A stretch of DNA of 64,000 bases from Azolla caroliniana (lineage: Eukaryota > Plantae > Polypodiophyta). Below, in pieces: positions 34,171-47,100 of the stretch; positions within the stretch are counted from its first letter, which is position 1; each line of letters starts with the position of its first letter. A program made the position numbers and the translations under genes. The notes under the pieces were generated by a model. The model was not told where the DNA came from and did no database searches. It was given only the letters and a program-made list of their open reading frames with translations. The stretch is from positions 9,486,001 to 9,550,000 of the forward strand of contig JBHGNT010000010.1 of the NCBI GenBank assembly GCA_043228905.1, written 5' to 3'.

Positions 34171-36642
34171 GATTTCGGATCCATGGTCTACCAAAGCCAC
34201 CACCGGTTCCGGAACGTTGTCGATCCGTACAGGGGTTTCCGTAGTTGCCCTGGCCCAATGCGGCTTCGTGTAGTGACTTTCCGCCAACTCGTCTTCTAGG
34301 GCCACGTCTTCCAAGTGTGTGGTCCGCACCTCCACCGGCTTCTCCGGTTCCGGCTCCGTCAAGAGCCTCTTCCGCTTCACCAAGTCTACGATGGAGTCGT
34401 GGAACTCCCTCTTGGCGATTCCCAGCACCTCCTGCAACGACAACTCCACTTTACTGTTGAGGATACGTTCCTCCAGAACCTTTCGCAGTTCTGTGGTCCT
34501 TTCGATTTCTGTGCTCAACCGAAACCCCACCTGCTTCTTCCCGTCCGGCACGCTTGGGCTGCCGGCACCGGTCGGTTTCGGTCTGAACCGGGTCTCATAC
34601 CTCTGCGGGGGACCGACCCCTCCATCCTTTCCTACCCATTTGTCCTCGACCAGAACCTCATAGTTCTGGCAAGCGGCTTCTACGAAGCCCATTTTCTCTT
34701 CGACCGGATCGTCCCAACCGGTGACCTCTTGAACCCTCTGCTCCGCGCGATCCGCCTCTTCCTTCTTTAGCCGAACTCCGGAGAGGCCTTCTAGCACTAG
34801 CGGCCAGAATCCGGAGTCCTTCGCCTTCATCACCCCCGACCCAAATTCCCGCTGACACTGAGTAGTTAATGGCTTCAACCTATCGTGCCGCGGCCTCTTC
34901 CATCAACCTCTTCATTCCGCCGCGCCCCGTATTTAGTTCTAAGGCTCTCCGGGTCTTGCTCGCGTGCACCCGCCCGTTCTAGAGGTACACCACGTTGGTC
35001 CTGAGCGCATCGGCAAAATCCGCGCAATCCTTTCGAATGTGACCGATCGCGTCACACCACATGCACCGTTGCCCAGCCGGCGGCCTCCGGTCGCGAGGTT
35101 GTTCGCCACTGTCTCTCCGGGCCTGTGCGATCTACAGGTCGCGCACCATCTGTGTTAGCTCCTCCAGAGCCGCTCCTCCGGATGGGCCTCTGACCGTGTC
35201 CTTCGATGCCGACCCCGAATCTGACCAAATTCGGGTCTCTTCCTTCCTACCGGCCGGCACCGATACCGGCTCCTCGAGCCTCCTCCCCGGGACCGGCCCT
35301 GACCCCGACAAGCTTCCGTCGCTCCAATCGCGCCGTTTGTCGAAACGGTTGCAGACCCGTTTTACCACGGCCCAGTCTGCTGTGAGCCCTTCGTCCGTTT
35401 CCAATAGGGGACCCACCTTTTCCCTATCGAGCGCGTCCACCAACTTGACAAACAGTAGTACTTGACGAGCACCGTCCGGTCCAGCGTCAACAGCCACGCG
35501 AACCGTTTTTCGAACTCCTTGAGGAGCACCGACGTGTTCCTCCCTTTTCCGGGGCTTTCCACCCACGCCATGAAGTTCCGCCTCGACAGCCGAAGTGAGT
35601 CGTCAAACCCGTACTTCTCGAGGAGCTGCAGCTCGAACTCCTCCCAAGTCTGGCATCCGGCCAGCACCTCGAGCACCTCCGCGTGGATGCCCGGCGTTAC
35701 CACCCGAGGGAATCCGGACAGCCGCCTGTCCATTGGGATATCCCTCATGATCATTTCGGCCCGGTAAGCCTCCAAATAACTGGTGGCGTCTTTCCCTCCG
35801 AACCGGCCTATAGAGCCGACGATCGATTCAATGGCTCTATCGAGGGTACCCATCCCCTCACGAGTGCTTACCAGTCGGTCGACGGCTGTCGCCATTGCCT
35901 CTGCTAGCTCTGATCCCCTCATCTGATCCCCTCATCTTTCGACTCCTTTGCCGCCCGTTCACGTCGGGTTCACCAAATATGTCGCATTGTTACACGCGTG
36001 CGTGTAGAAGGGGCGGGACCACGGGGGTCTTGGACCGAGGAGCGAGAGAGAGAGAGCGAGAGCGAGAAATTCACAGACACGCAGAAGCGAGAAGGAGAGA
36101 TATAGAACGGAACACTTGATTACAATAACAAGAGATTACAAACTCCGACGGTTACAACCAGCAAGGCGGCGATGGGCCCGACACGGGGACCCTACTCACG
36201 CACACAGACGGAACACACTGGACCCAGAGAAACGCAAAAGAAAAAGCCTCTGCTGGCAGCACACGGGCTGCCCACGAAGCAGAGGCGTCGAACTCCCCGC
36301 ACCCACAGAGAATGACGGTCGGAGGAGGAAAGAGAGTTCGGCCCTCAGTCCTACAGCACTTCGTCCTCCTTAACGCATGATCCCCTTCTCTTCCTTCTCT
36401 CCTCTCCTTAAATAGTTCCCAAAAAGGGGTGCCCCTTTCCCTAGTTAAATCGCTTTATTCCCTGTCCCTTCTGACAGAGATACGCACAATCCCCCCTAAT
36501 AAATGTGCACTACTTAGTATTTACATCAGTTGATCCATTTATGAATCAATATCAAAATATCAATTCATGCGTCCATCTGTGTAAGAGCCGGTTCATGCGC
36601 CTTTTTGCCCAAATCCGCCTATGGCCGGTTTTCTTCACGACA

Positions 36643-39600
36643 CCGGAAAACGACAAGAGAAGACCGCGCCGAATTGCTGGTACTGTGGCAAGAAAGGCCA
36701 CAAGGAGAGTGAGTGCTGGAAGAAACAAGCCGACTCGGACAAAGCTGGACGAGAGGAAGAGACCCAGGAAGGCGTCAAAGATCGCACTACGCTAAGGGCT
36801 TCGAACGAGCCGGAAATGGAGCGGGCCCTGCCTTCGTAATGAAGCGTAAAGCCAATTCAATGGCCTTGAACACCTCGAATTCGAGTGAGGTGTGGTATGT
36901 GGATTCCGGAGCGTCAAATCATATGACGAACCACGAGGAGTAGTTCTCATACTTGGAGAAGCTAGAATCACGAGGGGTTGTCGAAACGAGAGATGACACC
37001 CCGCATACCATCGAACATGTCGGTGAAGTTCCCCTCAGCCACGTCGGGCAGAAAGGGGAGCTAATGAATGTGTTGCACGTCCCGACAATAACAAAGAACC
37101 TTGTGTCGGTCGGACAGATCGTCAACCAAGCTATGCAAGTTCAATTCACACATCTCGGCTGCTTCATTGAAGAGGAAGGCAAAGTGATCGCGCAAGGGCG
37201 TTGGGAAGGGAGGATGTTTATTCTCGACACTAAGCAAGTCGGAACCGCGTTGTACGCGAAAGGACAAAAGGTCGAATCGGATATTGACCTGTGGCACAAG
37301 CAGTTCAACCACGTAAATTTCCCACGGCTTCGTGAAATGCAGACGAAGAACATTGTTTTCCGGTTGCCGAAATTTCATGGCCGGAATGGCCAAGTCTGCG
37401 AAGCCTATCAGATGGGAAAACAACACTGACTTCCATTCCCCAATGAGCGTAATCGTAGTCGAAGTCCGCTGGATTTTATCCATTCGGATGTGTGGGGACC
37501 AGCACAGAACGTGAGTCTCAGTGGAAGCCGTTACTTCATAACCTTCATCGATGATTTCACTCAGCACACGTGGGCATGCATGATCACGAAGAAGAGCGAA
37601 GTCTTCACATGTTTCTTGGAGGTGAAGAGCCTCGCGGAAAGGGAAACTGGGCGCAAGATCAAATGCCTACGGTCCGATGGCGGGAAGGAATACTTCTCCA
37701 ACCAGTTCTCTTGTTATCTACGATAGGTGAGACTTCAACGCGAATTCTCATGTAGATATACACCGGAGCAGAACGACATAGCCGAGCAGAAGAATCGGAC
37801 GATTGAAGAAGTGGCCAGGGCAATGCTTGAAGAGAAGCATATGCCGAAATTCTATTGGGCTGAAGCCGTGAAGAGGGTTGTCTACCTGCAGAATCGGACT
37901 TCTGCTAATGGAGGAGTGTCGCCACATGAGTTGTATTTCGGAAAGAAACCGAATTTGGCACACTTGAGGATTTTCGGTAGCATTGCATATGTGCATGTGC
38001 CAAAGGAAAAGAGGAGGAAGTTGGACGCCAAAGCCGAAAAGTGCATCTTAGTCGGCTATCCAGACGAACAGAAGGGGTATAAATGTTATAACCCCCGAAC
38101 AAAGGAAGTACGCGTAAGTCGGGATGTCGTGTTCGACGAATCCGCTTCGTGGTACTTGCCTTCACCTCCAGTACCTCAAGACTCCATTCCGATTTCTGAA
38201 GAAGAAATCGGCGAGACTGAAATGCCTCCGCTTGATGAGGACATCGGAGCTCTGCGAGAGAGTCCGATCTCATTTCAGCTAAGCGAGCCGAATGAGGGGT
38301 TGGGCCAAGATGACCAACCAGATGATGAGACGACGAGTAGTGGAGACTCGGTCGTAATGTCCCCGCGTAAAGAACCGAGGAGACGGTTTACGCGCCAGGA
38401 GAAGGGGAAGAAGAAGACGCCAGAATACGATTTCGGTAGTGCCAAGTCAGTTCGAAGCAAATATGATCTCGAGCGAGTCAAGAAGGAACCCTCATGGAAG
38501 AGGTCGTCGGTAGCCGAAAAGGTCGTGAAATCGGGTAATTACGAATTATGCCGATCTACCCGCCTCAAGAATCCCGTAAGGAGATATGGGTATAATGAGT
38601 ACATGGCGCACCATTACGCGTACATGACGCGAGTGGCGGAAGTGCGTGAGCCGGAGAGCCACGCAAAAGCAGCGAAAGACGTGAATTGGCGTGCCGCAAT
38701 GGAGGAAGAGATGCGCGCATTGGCGGAAAATGGAACCTGGGACCTGGTTGACACACCAAAGGGTGTAAAGCCGATCGGATGCAGATGGGTGTATAAGGTG
38801 AAATACAACACCGATGGCTCTGTCAACCGCTACAAGGCTCGTTTAGTAGCTAAAGGCTACGTGCAAAAGCACGACGTGGTCTATGATGAGACCTTCATGC
38901 CTGTCGCGAAGATGACTACCGTGTGAGTCCTGTTAGTCGTAGTCGTGGCAAAGGGGTGGCACTTACATCAGATGGATGTAAAGAATGCGTTTCTGCAAGG
39001 TGTTCTTGAGGAGCATGTGTACATGGTACAACCCCTCAGATTTCTATCCGAACAAAACACCTCGGCAATTTGCCGATTGAAGAAGTCCGTATACGGCCTA
39101 AACCAAGCCCTGCAAACTTGGAACGCAAAGATTACGCAATGGCTGCGTAAGATGGGGTTTACGGCATCAAAGTCCGACTCTTCATTATTTGTTCAGCAAG
39201 GTCAACACAGCCCCGTAAGCCTGTTGCTGTATGTTGATGACTTAGTCATCGCCGGTGCCGACCTGGACGAAATCCGCCGCATGAAGTCTGAGCTTGCGAC
39301 ATCGTTTGAAATGAAGGATCTCGGAGACCTCCATTACTTCCTGGGATCGAAGTGATCCATACCCCCGAAGGCATATTGATCAGCCAACGTCATTACGCGC
39401 TAAATGTGCTCTTCAAGTTCAGAATGGCAAACTGTAAGCCCATCTCCACCCCTCTGGATAGAAACGTGAACCGCTTCACCCAAATTCAGGCAAGGCGTGC
39501 GACCCAACACTGTTCCAACAGATTGTCGGGAGCCTTATCTATTTGATGATTACTCGGTCGAATCTTAGCTACCCGGTCGGCTTAATCAGTCAATTCATGT

Positions 39601-40900
39601 CGCAGCCTATGGCCGAACACTTTCAGTGCGCGCAACAGATACTGTGTTATGTCAGCGGCACGAAAGACATGGTGTTGTTTTATCGGGCAGGCGTAGCCGA
39701 ACAATTAGTCGGTTACACGGATGTCGATTGGGCCAGCAACGCCAGTGATCGTAAATCCACATCGGGATATGCCTTCTCGTTAAGAAGTGCGGTGATCGCG
39801 TGGAGCAACAAAAAGCAACCGACAGTAGCACTATCGAACACGGAGGCCGAATATCGAGGGGCGACTGTCGCTACGTGCGAAGTCATTTGGCTGAAATGGC
39901 TATTACGAGATCTGCATGTGGAGGTGTATGATCCGACGACGATCTATTGCGACAACCTCAGTAGTATCCACCTTGTGAAAAACCCTGTGTTCCACGCCCG
40001 GACCAAGCACATTGAGGTGCATTACCATTTTGTCCGCGAGCGGGTCCTTTCAGGAGAAGTTGAATTGGTGCATGTTTCGAATGATCGGCAGATTGCCGAC
40101 ATCTTCACAAAACCTCTTGGTCTCGACAAGTTACGACATTTCTCGGGTGCGCTTGGGTTGCGTCACCTCGACACACCGAACTTGAGGGGGAGAAAGGAAG
40201 AAAAGGGACAAGAGCGTGAAGGAGCGGAGGTAAGCATCACGACGGAAGTGACCGTGACACGGAATCGGATGAAGAATTCGATTTCGGGCCAGCTGAAGAA
40301 AAGAGCAAGGGTCGTAAGCATAAGAAGGAGCCGAGGACAACCGAAACAGGGGGAGATAAGGCCAAGACTAAGACGTGGTTGGATGTTGTCAGGGGCCATG
40401 CGGAAAAAAGGGCAGCAAAGGATGCGCCAACTCTGCAACAGCAAGGAAGCTGAGAAGGGCCGTGTGAGCAGACAAGCCGACCGAAAGGGTCGAGGCGCGC
40501 GGAACCGAACGGGTCGAGGAGCGTGAGCGAGGTGTGTGGAGCCAAGAGAAGCTGGAGTGTAGATCCGGCGGAGCAGGAGGAACCTCAAGTTGAGCTTGAG
40601 GGGGAGTGTTGAGTTACAAGCTCAACATTGAGTGCGTAATACGCAGCGTAACCCAGTGCGTAGACTAAGTGCGTGAAAAAGTACACACAACCTGGCCGAT
40701 CGGTGCGTAAACCGAAAGGCCGTTAGAGAGATACTCCTCGTAAGGAATAATTTTGGGAGTGACTGTCGAGGCTCATTTATGAGTAGTCAAGTACTGTCAG
40801 TACTTGTGTCAGCCCGATTGTCAGGGCTTGTATAAAAGGTGCTCACTGAGCACGGTGTATGTACAGAGAGTCATTATTTTGAATCTGAGTTTTTCTATTG

Positions 40901-40947
<47 letters not shown>

Positions 40948-41062
40948 TATCTCCATCTCCATCTCCATCTCTGCATTTCATGTGTTTATCGAACTCTCTT
41001 ATTCCTCCGAACTGTGTACTCTGTGCTTATGCACACACTTCCGCACAACGTATTCTTTTACA
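36643..41062 (+). mobile_element. Degenerate Ty1/copia (gag C-terminus to 3' LTR)
   Basis: CWYCGKKGHKESEC, WYVDSGASNHM, integrase, RT LLYVDD and RNase H (ORF 39543-40526). PPT at 40595-40606. LTR 40607-41062 (TGTTGAG...TTTACA) contains a (CT)n tract. Confidence 0.93.
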
Positions 41063-41109
41063 ACAATGATAGTTCACAAGAATTTCCATATGGTTAACAC
41101 AACACAATA

Positions 41110-44100
41110 TATTGTGTGTTAAAAGTCAGAGGTTCGAGTCTATAATGTGACAGATTCATCGGCCTCATCTTTAGTGATCGAGTGGTTGGAATTGTCGTAG
41201 GTCCGAGTCAGAGTCGGTAGAGAGTATCATGATGCCGACTTGTCAAATTCGACATCTCAGCCCAATTTTTCGGGAGTTGTAACACTTTGTAAACGTAAGT
41301 GTTTGCGGAAGCGTAAAACAGAGAACAACGCAGAGAGAGACAGAGACAGAGACAGAGAGAGCAGAACGTAATTTCCAAAATTATATCAAGACTCTATATT
41401 TACACACTGTGCTAAGTAGCACTATTTATACAAGTCCTCTTGGGACTGACAGAAGTACCATGTACTTCAATGCTCACACGAGCATCTGACACTTACTACG
41501 AGACTATAGATACCTAGTAGTCTATCCTATTCTAGGCTTCCGATTGGATTGCCGGTTACGGATTGCACCCGGCCTCCACTGCTTGCCGGTTCGGTTGCTC
41601 GCCGTCATACCGATCTGTTTCGCCCGATCCGTCTCGCTTACCGGCTCCGGTTGAGCTTGCCGCTCAACACTCCCCCTCAAGCTCAACCTGAGGTGGGGTC
41701 GTAGTGTCGACCTCTGTGGCAGTCGGTTCTTTCAACCGACTTCTCCTGGCATCACTCCGCCTTGCTCGTGCTCCTCGTCCGGTCCGGTCCCGTATGCCGC
41801 GACCCCTTCGGTTCTGCGCGCCTCGACCCTCTCGGTCGGCATGTCTGCTCAATAGGCCCATCTCAGCAGTCACGTTGTTGTGACTTCGGCGCTTGCCGAT
41901 CCGTTGGTTTTCCCACGATGGCATCAACTTCCGCTGTGTCCGTGTCCCCTTGGCCTTCAGTCGATCCGACTCATCCGGATCCATCTGTTGATCCGAGTCA
42001 GCTATCTCCGACTCGTTCCAGCTCTTGTCCGAATCGGTACACTCTGATTCGACTTCCGGCTTCAGGCCTCTCACCACATCGGACCACTTCCGTGTCTTGG
42101 CCTTCTCCATGCTTCCCTCGGCTTCTTCAGCCGGTGAACCAAAATCGAATTCTTCATTCAACTCCGCATCATGGTCAGTACCGTCGTGATGACCTCCGCA
42201 CAGCATGCACTTCTCTTCCTGAGTGCACAACTCTTCTTCACAGCCGCTTGCTCCGACCTGTTCGGATGTGTCGACTTCCTTCGTCGACTCGGCTTCCTTT
42301 ATCTTCTTGTCTCCTCTTCTTCCGGCTCTCCTCTTACCGACGGGTTCAACAGTTTGTTGGCCTTTGCCCGTTTCGGTAGAGACTTTGCCCTTGCTTCTCC
42401 CCCTCAAGTGCGGCACGTCGAGATGCTGAATACCAAGCATGTCGGTAAAGTGCTGCAACTTGTTCGATCCGAGCGGCTTGGTGAAGATGTCGGCAACTTG
42501 CCGATCCGTATGAACATACCGTAGGTCAACTTCACCGCTCAGGACCCGCTCACGCACGAAGTGGTAGTGCACCTCGATGTGCTTTGTGCGAGCATGGAAC
42601 ACGGGGTTCTTGGCGAGTTGCAGGCTGCTCATGTTATCGCAGTAAATCGGGATCGGGGTCGGTACCTCGATCCGCAAGTCTCGCAGCAGTCGCCGAAGCC
42701 AGATGGCTTCACAAGTGGCAACGGTAGCGGCCCGGTACTCAGCCTCAGTGCTTGACAAAGCCATTGTGGGCTGCTTCTTGCTGCTCCACGCAACGGCCGC
42801 GCTACCTATGGAGAACATGTATCCGGAAGTGGAGCGGCGATCAAACGCATCGCCATCCCAGTCAGCATCTGTGTAACCGACAAGCTCTTGGGGTATACCT
42901 CACCGGTATAGCAATCTCCGGTCCTTAGTGCCGCTGACATACCGTAATATTCGTTGCGCGCACTGAAGGTGCTCCACGGTCGGCTTCTGCATGAACTGGC
43001 TTACCATGCCGACCGGATAGCTGATGCCGGGTCGAGTGATGGTTAAGTAGATCAGGCTTCCAACAGCCTGTCGGAACCGTTTCTCATTGCAGGCCGGTCC
43101 GGAGTTGGGACGGAGCTTCTGGTTCCGGTCCAGGGGTGTGGAGACAGGTCGGCACTCCGTCATGCCGAACTTATACAACATATTCAACACGTAATGTCGT
43201 TATGAGAGCAATATGCCGTCGGGGGTCCGGATCACTTCGATCCCAAGAAAATAATGAAGGTCCCCCAGGTCCTTCATTTCGAATGCGTCCGACAACTAGG
43301 ACTTGACGCGGTTGATTTCAGGAAGACCCGGTCCGGTGATGACTAAATCATCCACATACAAGAGTATACATACTGGACCGTCAGAGCCTTGCCGGATGAA
43401 CAAAGAAGAGTCCGACTTAGAGACAACAAACCCCAGCTTACGCAACCGGTGCGTGGTCTTCCCGTTCCAAGCTCGGGGGGCTTGCTTCAAGCCATAAAGC
43501 GACTTCTTCAGTCAGCATACCGCCGACTTGTTCATCTCCGAGTGAAATCCGGGGGGCTGAGTCATAAAGACTTCTTCTTCAAGCTCTCCTTGAAGGAAGG
43601 CGTTCTTCACATCCATCTGGTGAAGATGTCACCCCCTTGCCGTAACAACCGCCAGTACCACACGAACCGTCGTCATCTTCGCCACAGGAGCGAAGGTCTC
43701 GTCGTAGTCGATTCCGTGGGTCTGCGCGTATCCCTTCGCCACTAACCGGGCTTTGTACCGGTTAACAGAACCGTCAGCGTTGTACTTGACCTTGTACACC
43801 CACTTGCATCCGATCGGTCTACACTGACGGGGAGGATCAACTAGGTTCCAAGTTTCGTTGGCATCGAGTGCCCGCATTTCTTCGTCCATAGCGGCACGCC
43901 AATTTGTGCCCTTTGCCGCTTCTGCGTAGCTCTCCGGCTCACGCACTTCTGTCACCTTAGTCATGTACGCATAATGATGCACCATGTATTCATTGTACCC
44001 GTACCGCATGACGGGATCCTTCTGGCAGGTTGATCGGCGCAACGCACCGTCACCTGATTTAAGGCCCTTCTTGGCCAGTTCGTTCTTCGTTGCCGAAGAT

Positions 44101-47100
44101 CTGCCTTTCTCCTTTCCGGAGTCGGATACGCACCGATCCGACTCATCGTTGCCAGTTTCGAATTCCGGCATCTTCCTCTTCCCTTTCTCTTTGCGCGTGA
44201 ACCGTTTTCTCGGTTCCTTGTGCGGGGAGAGCACGGCAGAGTCTCCACTACTTGCCGTCTCTTCATCCGACTGGTCCAACTGACTTAGACGCTCGTTCGG
44301 TCCACTCAACCGAAATGATTCCGGACTCTCATCTTGAGTCCCGGCTTCATCATCCTCTGCCAGGGCTGATTCAGGCGCACTGGCCTGATCTTCCGGCATT
44401 GGGTCGGGATCGGAAGTCGGAGTCGGTAGGGAGTACCAGGATGCCGATTCGTCGAACTCGACATCCCGGCTAACTCGGACTTCCTTCGTCCAGGGGTTAT
44501 AGCACTTATACCCCTTTTGCTCTTGAGCATAGCCGACTAGAATGCATTTTTCTGATTTTGCATCCATCTTTCTCCGCTTCTGATCCGGCACATGCACATA
44601 CGCTATGCTGCCGAATATCCGAAGGTGTCTTAAGTTCGGCTTGCGCCCGAAATATAGCTCATGAGCTGACACCTTATCACCAATGCGGTTTTGTATGTAG
44701 ACGGCCGTCTGGACCGCCTCCGCCCAGTAGAACCGGGGCATGCTCTTCTCCTCCAGCATTGTCCTTGCCGCTTCGACGAGTGTCCGGTTCTTCCTTTCGG
44801 CCACACCGTTTTGCTCCGGTGTGTATCTACAGTTGAACTCTCGCCGAATTCCCTTCTGCTGCAGATAACTAGTGAATTGGCCAGAAAAATATTCCTTTCC
44901 TCCATCCGACCGAAGGCATTTGATCTTCCTCTCCGGTTCCCGTTCCACCATCTTCTGGAGGCTCCAGAAACAGTCAAAGACTTCGCTCTTCCGCTCAATG
45001 AGGTAGATCCAAGTATGTCGAGTATAGTCGTCGATGAAGGAGACGAAGTACCGGCTCCTGCCAAGGCTTATACTTTGTGCCGGTCCCCACACATCCGAAT
45101 GGATGAGATCGAGCTTGTTACGGCTCCGGTTCCGTTCAGTGGGGAATGGAAGCCGGTGTTGCTTCCCAAGTTGGCAGGCTTCACAAATTTCGGCTCTCCG
45201 GCCGCTGAACTTTGGCAAACCGAAAACGACTTGTTTCGTTTGTAGGTCTTGAAGCCTCCGGTAGTTGACGTGGCCTATCCGCTTGTGCCATAGGTCGATG
45301 TCCGACTCGACCTTCTATCGTTTCGCGAACAGAGCGGTGCCAATGTCATTGGTGTTGAGGATAAACATCCTCCCGTCTCTGCGCCCTTGCGCAATGACTT
45401 CGCCCTCATCCTCAATGAAGCACCCAAGGTCCGTAAACCGCACCTGCATCCCCTGGTCGACAATCTGACCGACGGACACCAGGTTCTTCGTGATCGTCGG
45501 AATGTGTAATACGTTCATCAGCTTCCCTTTCTGTCCGACGTGGCTTAGAGGGACTTCTCCGACGTGCACGATTGGGTGTGGAGTGTCGTCTCCGGTTTCG
45601 ACTACTCCTAGTTGATCCGGTTTCTCCAGAAAGGAGAACCACTCTTTGTGGCTCGTCATGTGGTTCGACGCGCCGGAATCAACATACCACACTTCCTCCG
45701 TTTTGGAAGTGGTCTTCTTCATTGAGTTTGCCGTGTGATTCATCACCAGGGTTGGCCCCTTACCGGCCTTTCCGGTTCCGGATCCTCCTGATCCGTTTGC
45801 GTAGTGCGAGTTTTGCCGGCCATCCTTACCGGTCTTGCCGGATCCGGATTTGTCCGAATCGGCACGCTTTCTCCAGCACTCGCTTTCCCTGTGGCCTTTT
45901 TTTCCACAGTACCAGCATTCCGTAGCGGATTTGTCTTGCCGGCCTCCGGCACCGCCTTGACTCCCCCTGCTTGTGGAAGTCCCGGAACTGTTGTCGGCAC
46001 ACTCATAGTGCCTCCGTTCCTGCTCTTGCCGGCCACCTCCATTGCGTGCCGACCCTCCTCTTCCACCACGCCCACGGAACCAATCCGTTCCCGTGTACAA
46101 CATTCGGTTGTCCGGGGATGCACTGGTAGATGCACCGGCGTGGTTCTACTCTACAAGGAGCATCGACTGTAAGTCGAAGAATGAGGGGGTATTCTCCCTT
46201 GTACACACCGCAGTCCGGAATGCTCCGAACTTGGACGCCAGGCCTCCGAGACATACCTGCACCATCTCGTCTTCCTCTACGGTAACATTGATAGAGGCGA
46301 GTGAGTCGCAAATCTCCTTTATCCGGCCCGTGTAGTCTGCCACGGACATGTTCTTCTGTCGAACATTGCTCAACTCCTGTCTGAGTTGCAGCTTCCGGGC
46401 AGTGGTGCTTGCAGCAAAAACCTTTTTCAGGTTCCCCCAAGCATCCTTCGGTGTCCTAGCGTCACGGATGTGACTGAGCAGCTGATCGCCGACACTGGAT
46501 GCGAAGCAGTACATCACCCTGCTTGCCACCTGTTCCCATACCCGGAAGTCCTTGTGTGTCGAGTCTGGCGCCACATCATTTGCTCCTTCGACATAACTCC
46601 AGTACCCGTGTCCAAGCAGGTACTGGTGCATCTTGTAAGACCAGGATGCGTAGTTGCTCCTATCAAGCTTTTCCACCGGGAGCGACGTAGCCATGCCTCT
46701 ATCCATGTCTTCTACTGTGTCTGTTTTCGACTTGTTAGGGTTTTCTTCTCAAGAGTAAATGTCTGTAGCAGAGGTTCTCAACCCTCACGCTCTGATACCA
46801 TGTAAACGCAAGTGTTTGCGGAAGCGTAAAACAGAGAACAACGCAGAGAGACAGAGAGAGCAGAACGTAATTTCCAAAATTATATCAAGACTCTATATTT
46901 ACACACTGTGCTAAGTAGCACTATTTATACAAGTTCTCTTGGGATTGACAGAAGTACCATGTACTTCAATGCTCACACGAGCATCTGACACTTACTATGA
47001 GACTATAGATACCTAGTAGTCTATCCTATTCTAGGCTTCCGATTGGACTGCCGGTTACGGATTGCACCCGGCCTCCACTGCTTGCTGGTTCGGTTGCTCA

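Larger units (their letters stand above)
27010..36642 (-). mobile_element. tRNA-Trp-primed Ty3/gypsy element, 3'-deleted, hosting an intact copia and a solo LTR
   Basis: 5' LTR 35980-36642 (minus TGTCGTGAAG...GCGACA). PBS TGGTGAACCCGACGTGAA at 35958-35975, complementary to the plant tRNA-Trp 3' end. Gag 35132-35922. Protease VDHGSEI|NLM split at 34171/33545. RT start SAPYSNRWFTVPKK at ~27070-27120. Confidence 0.9.
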
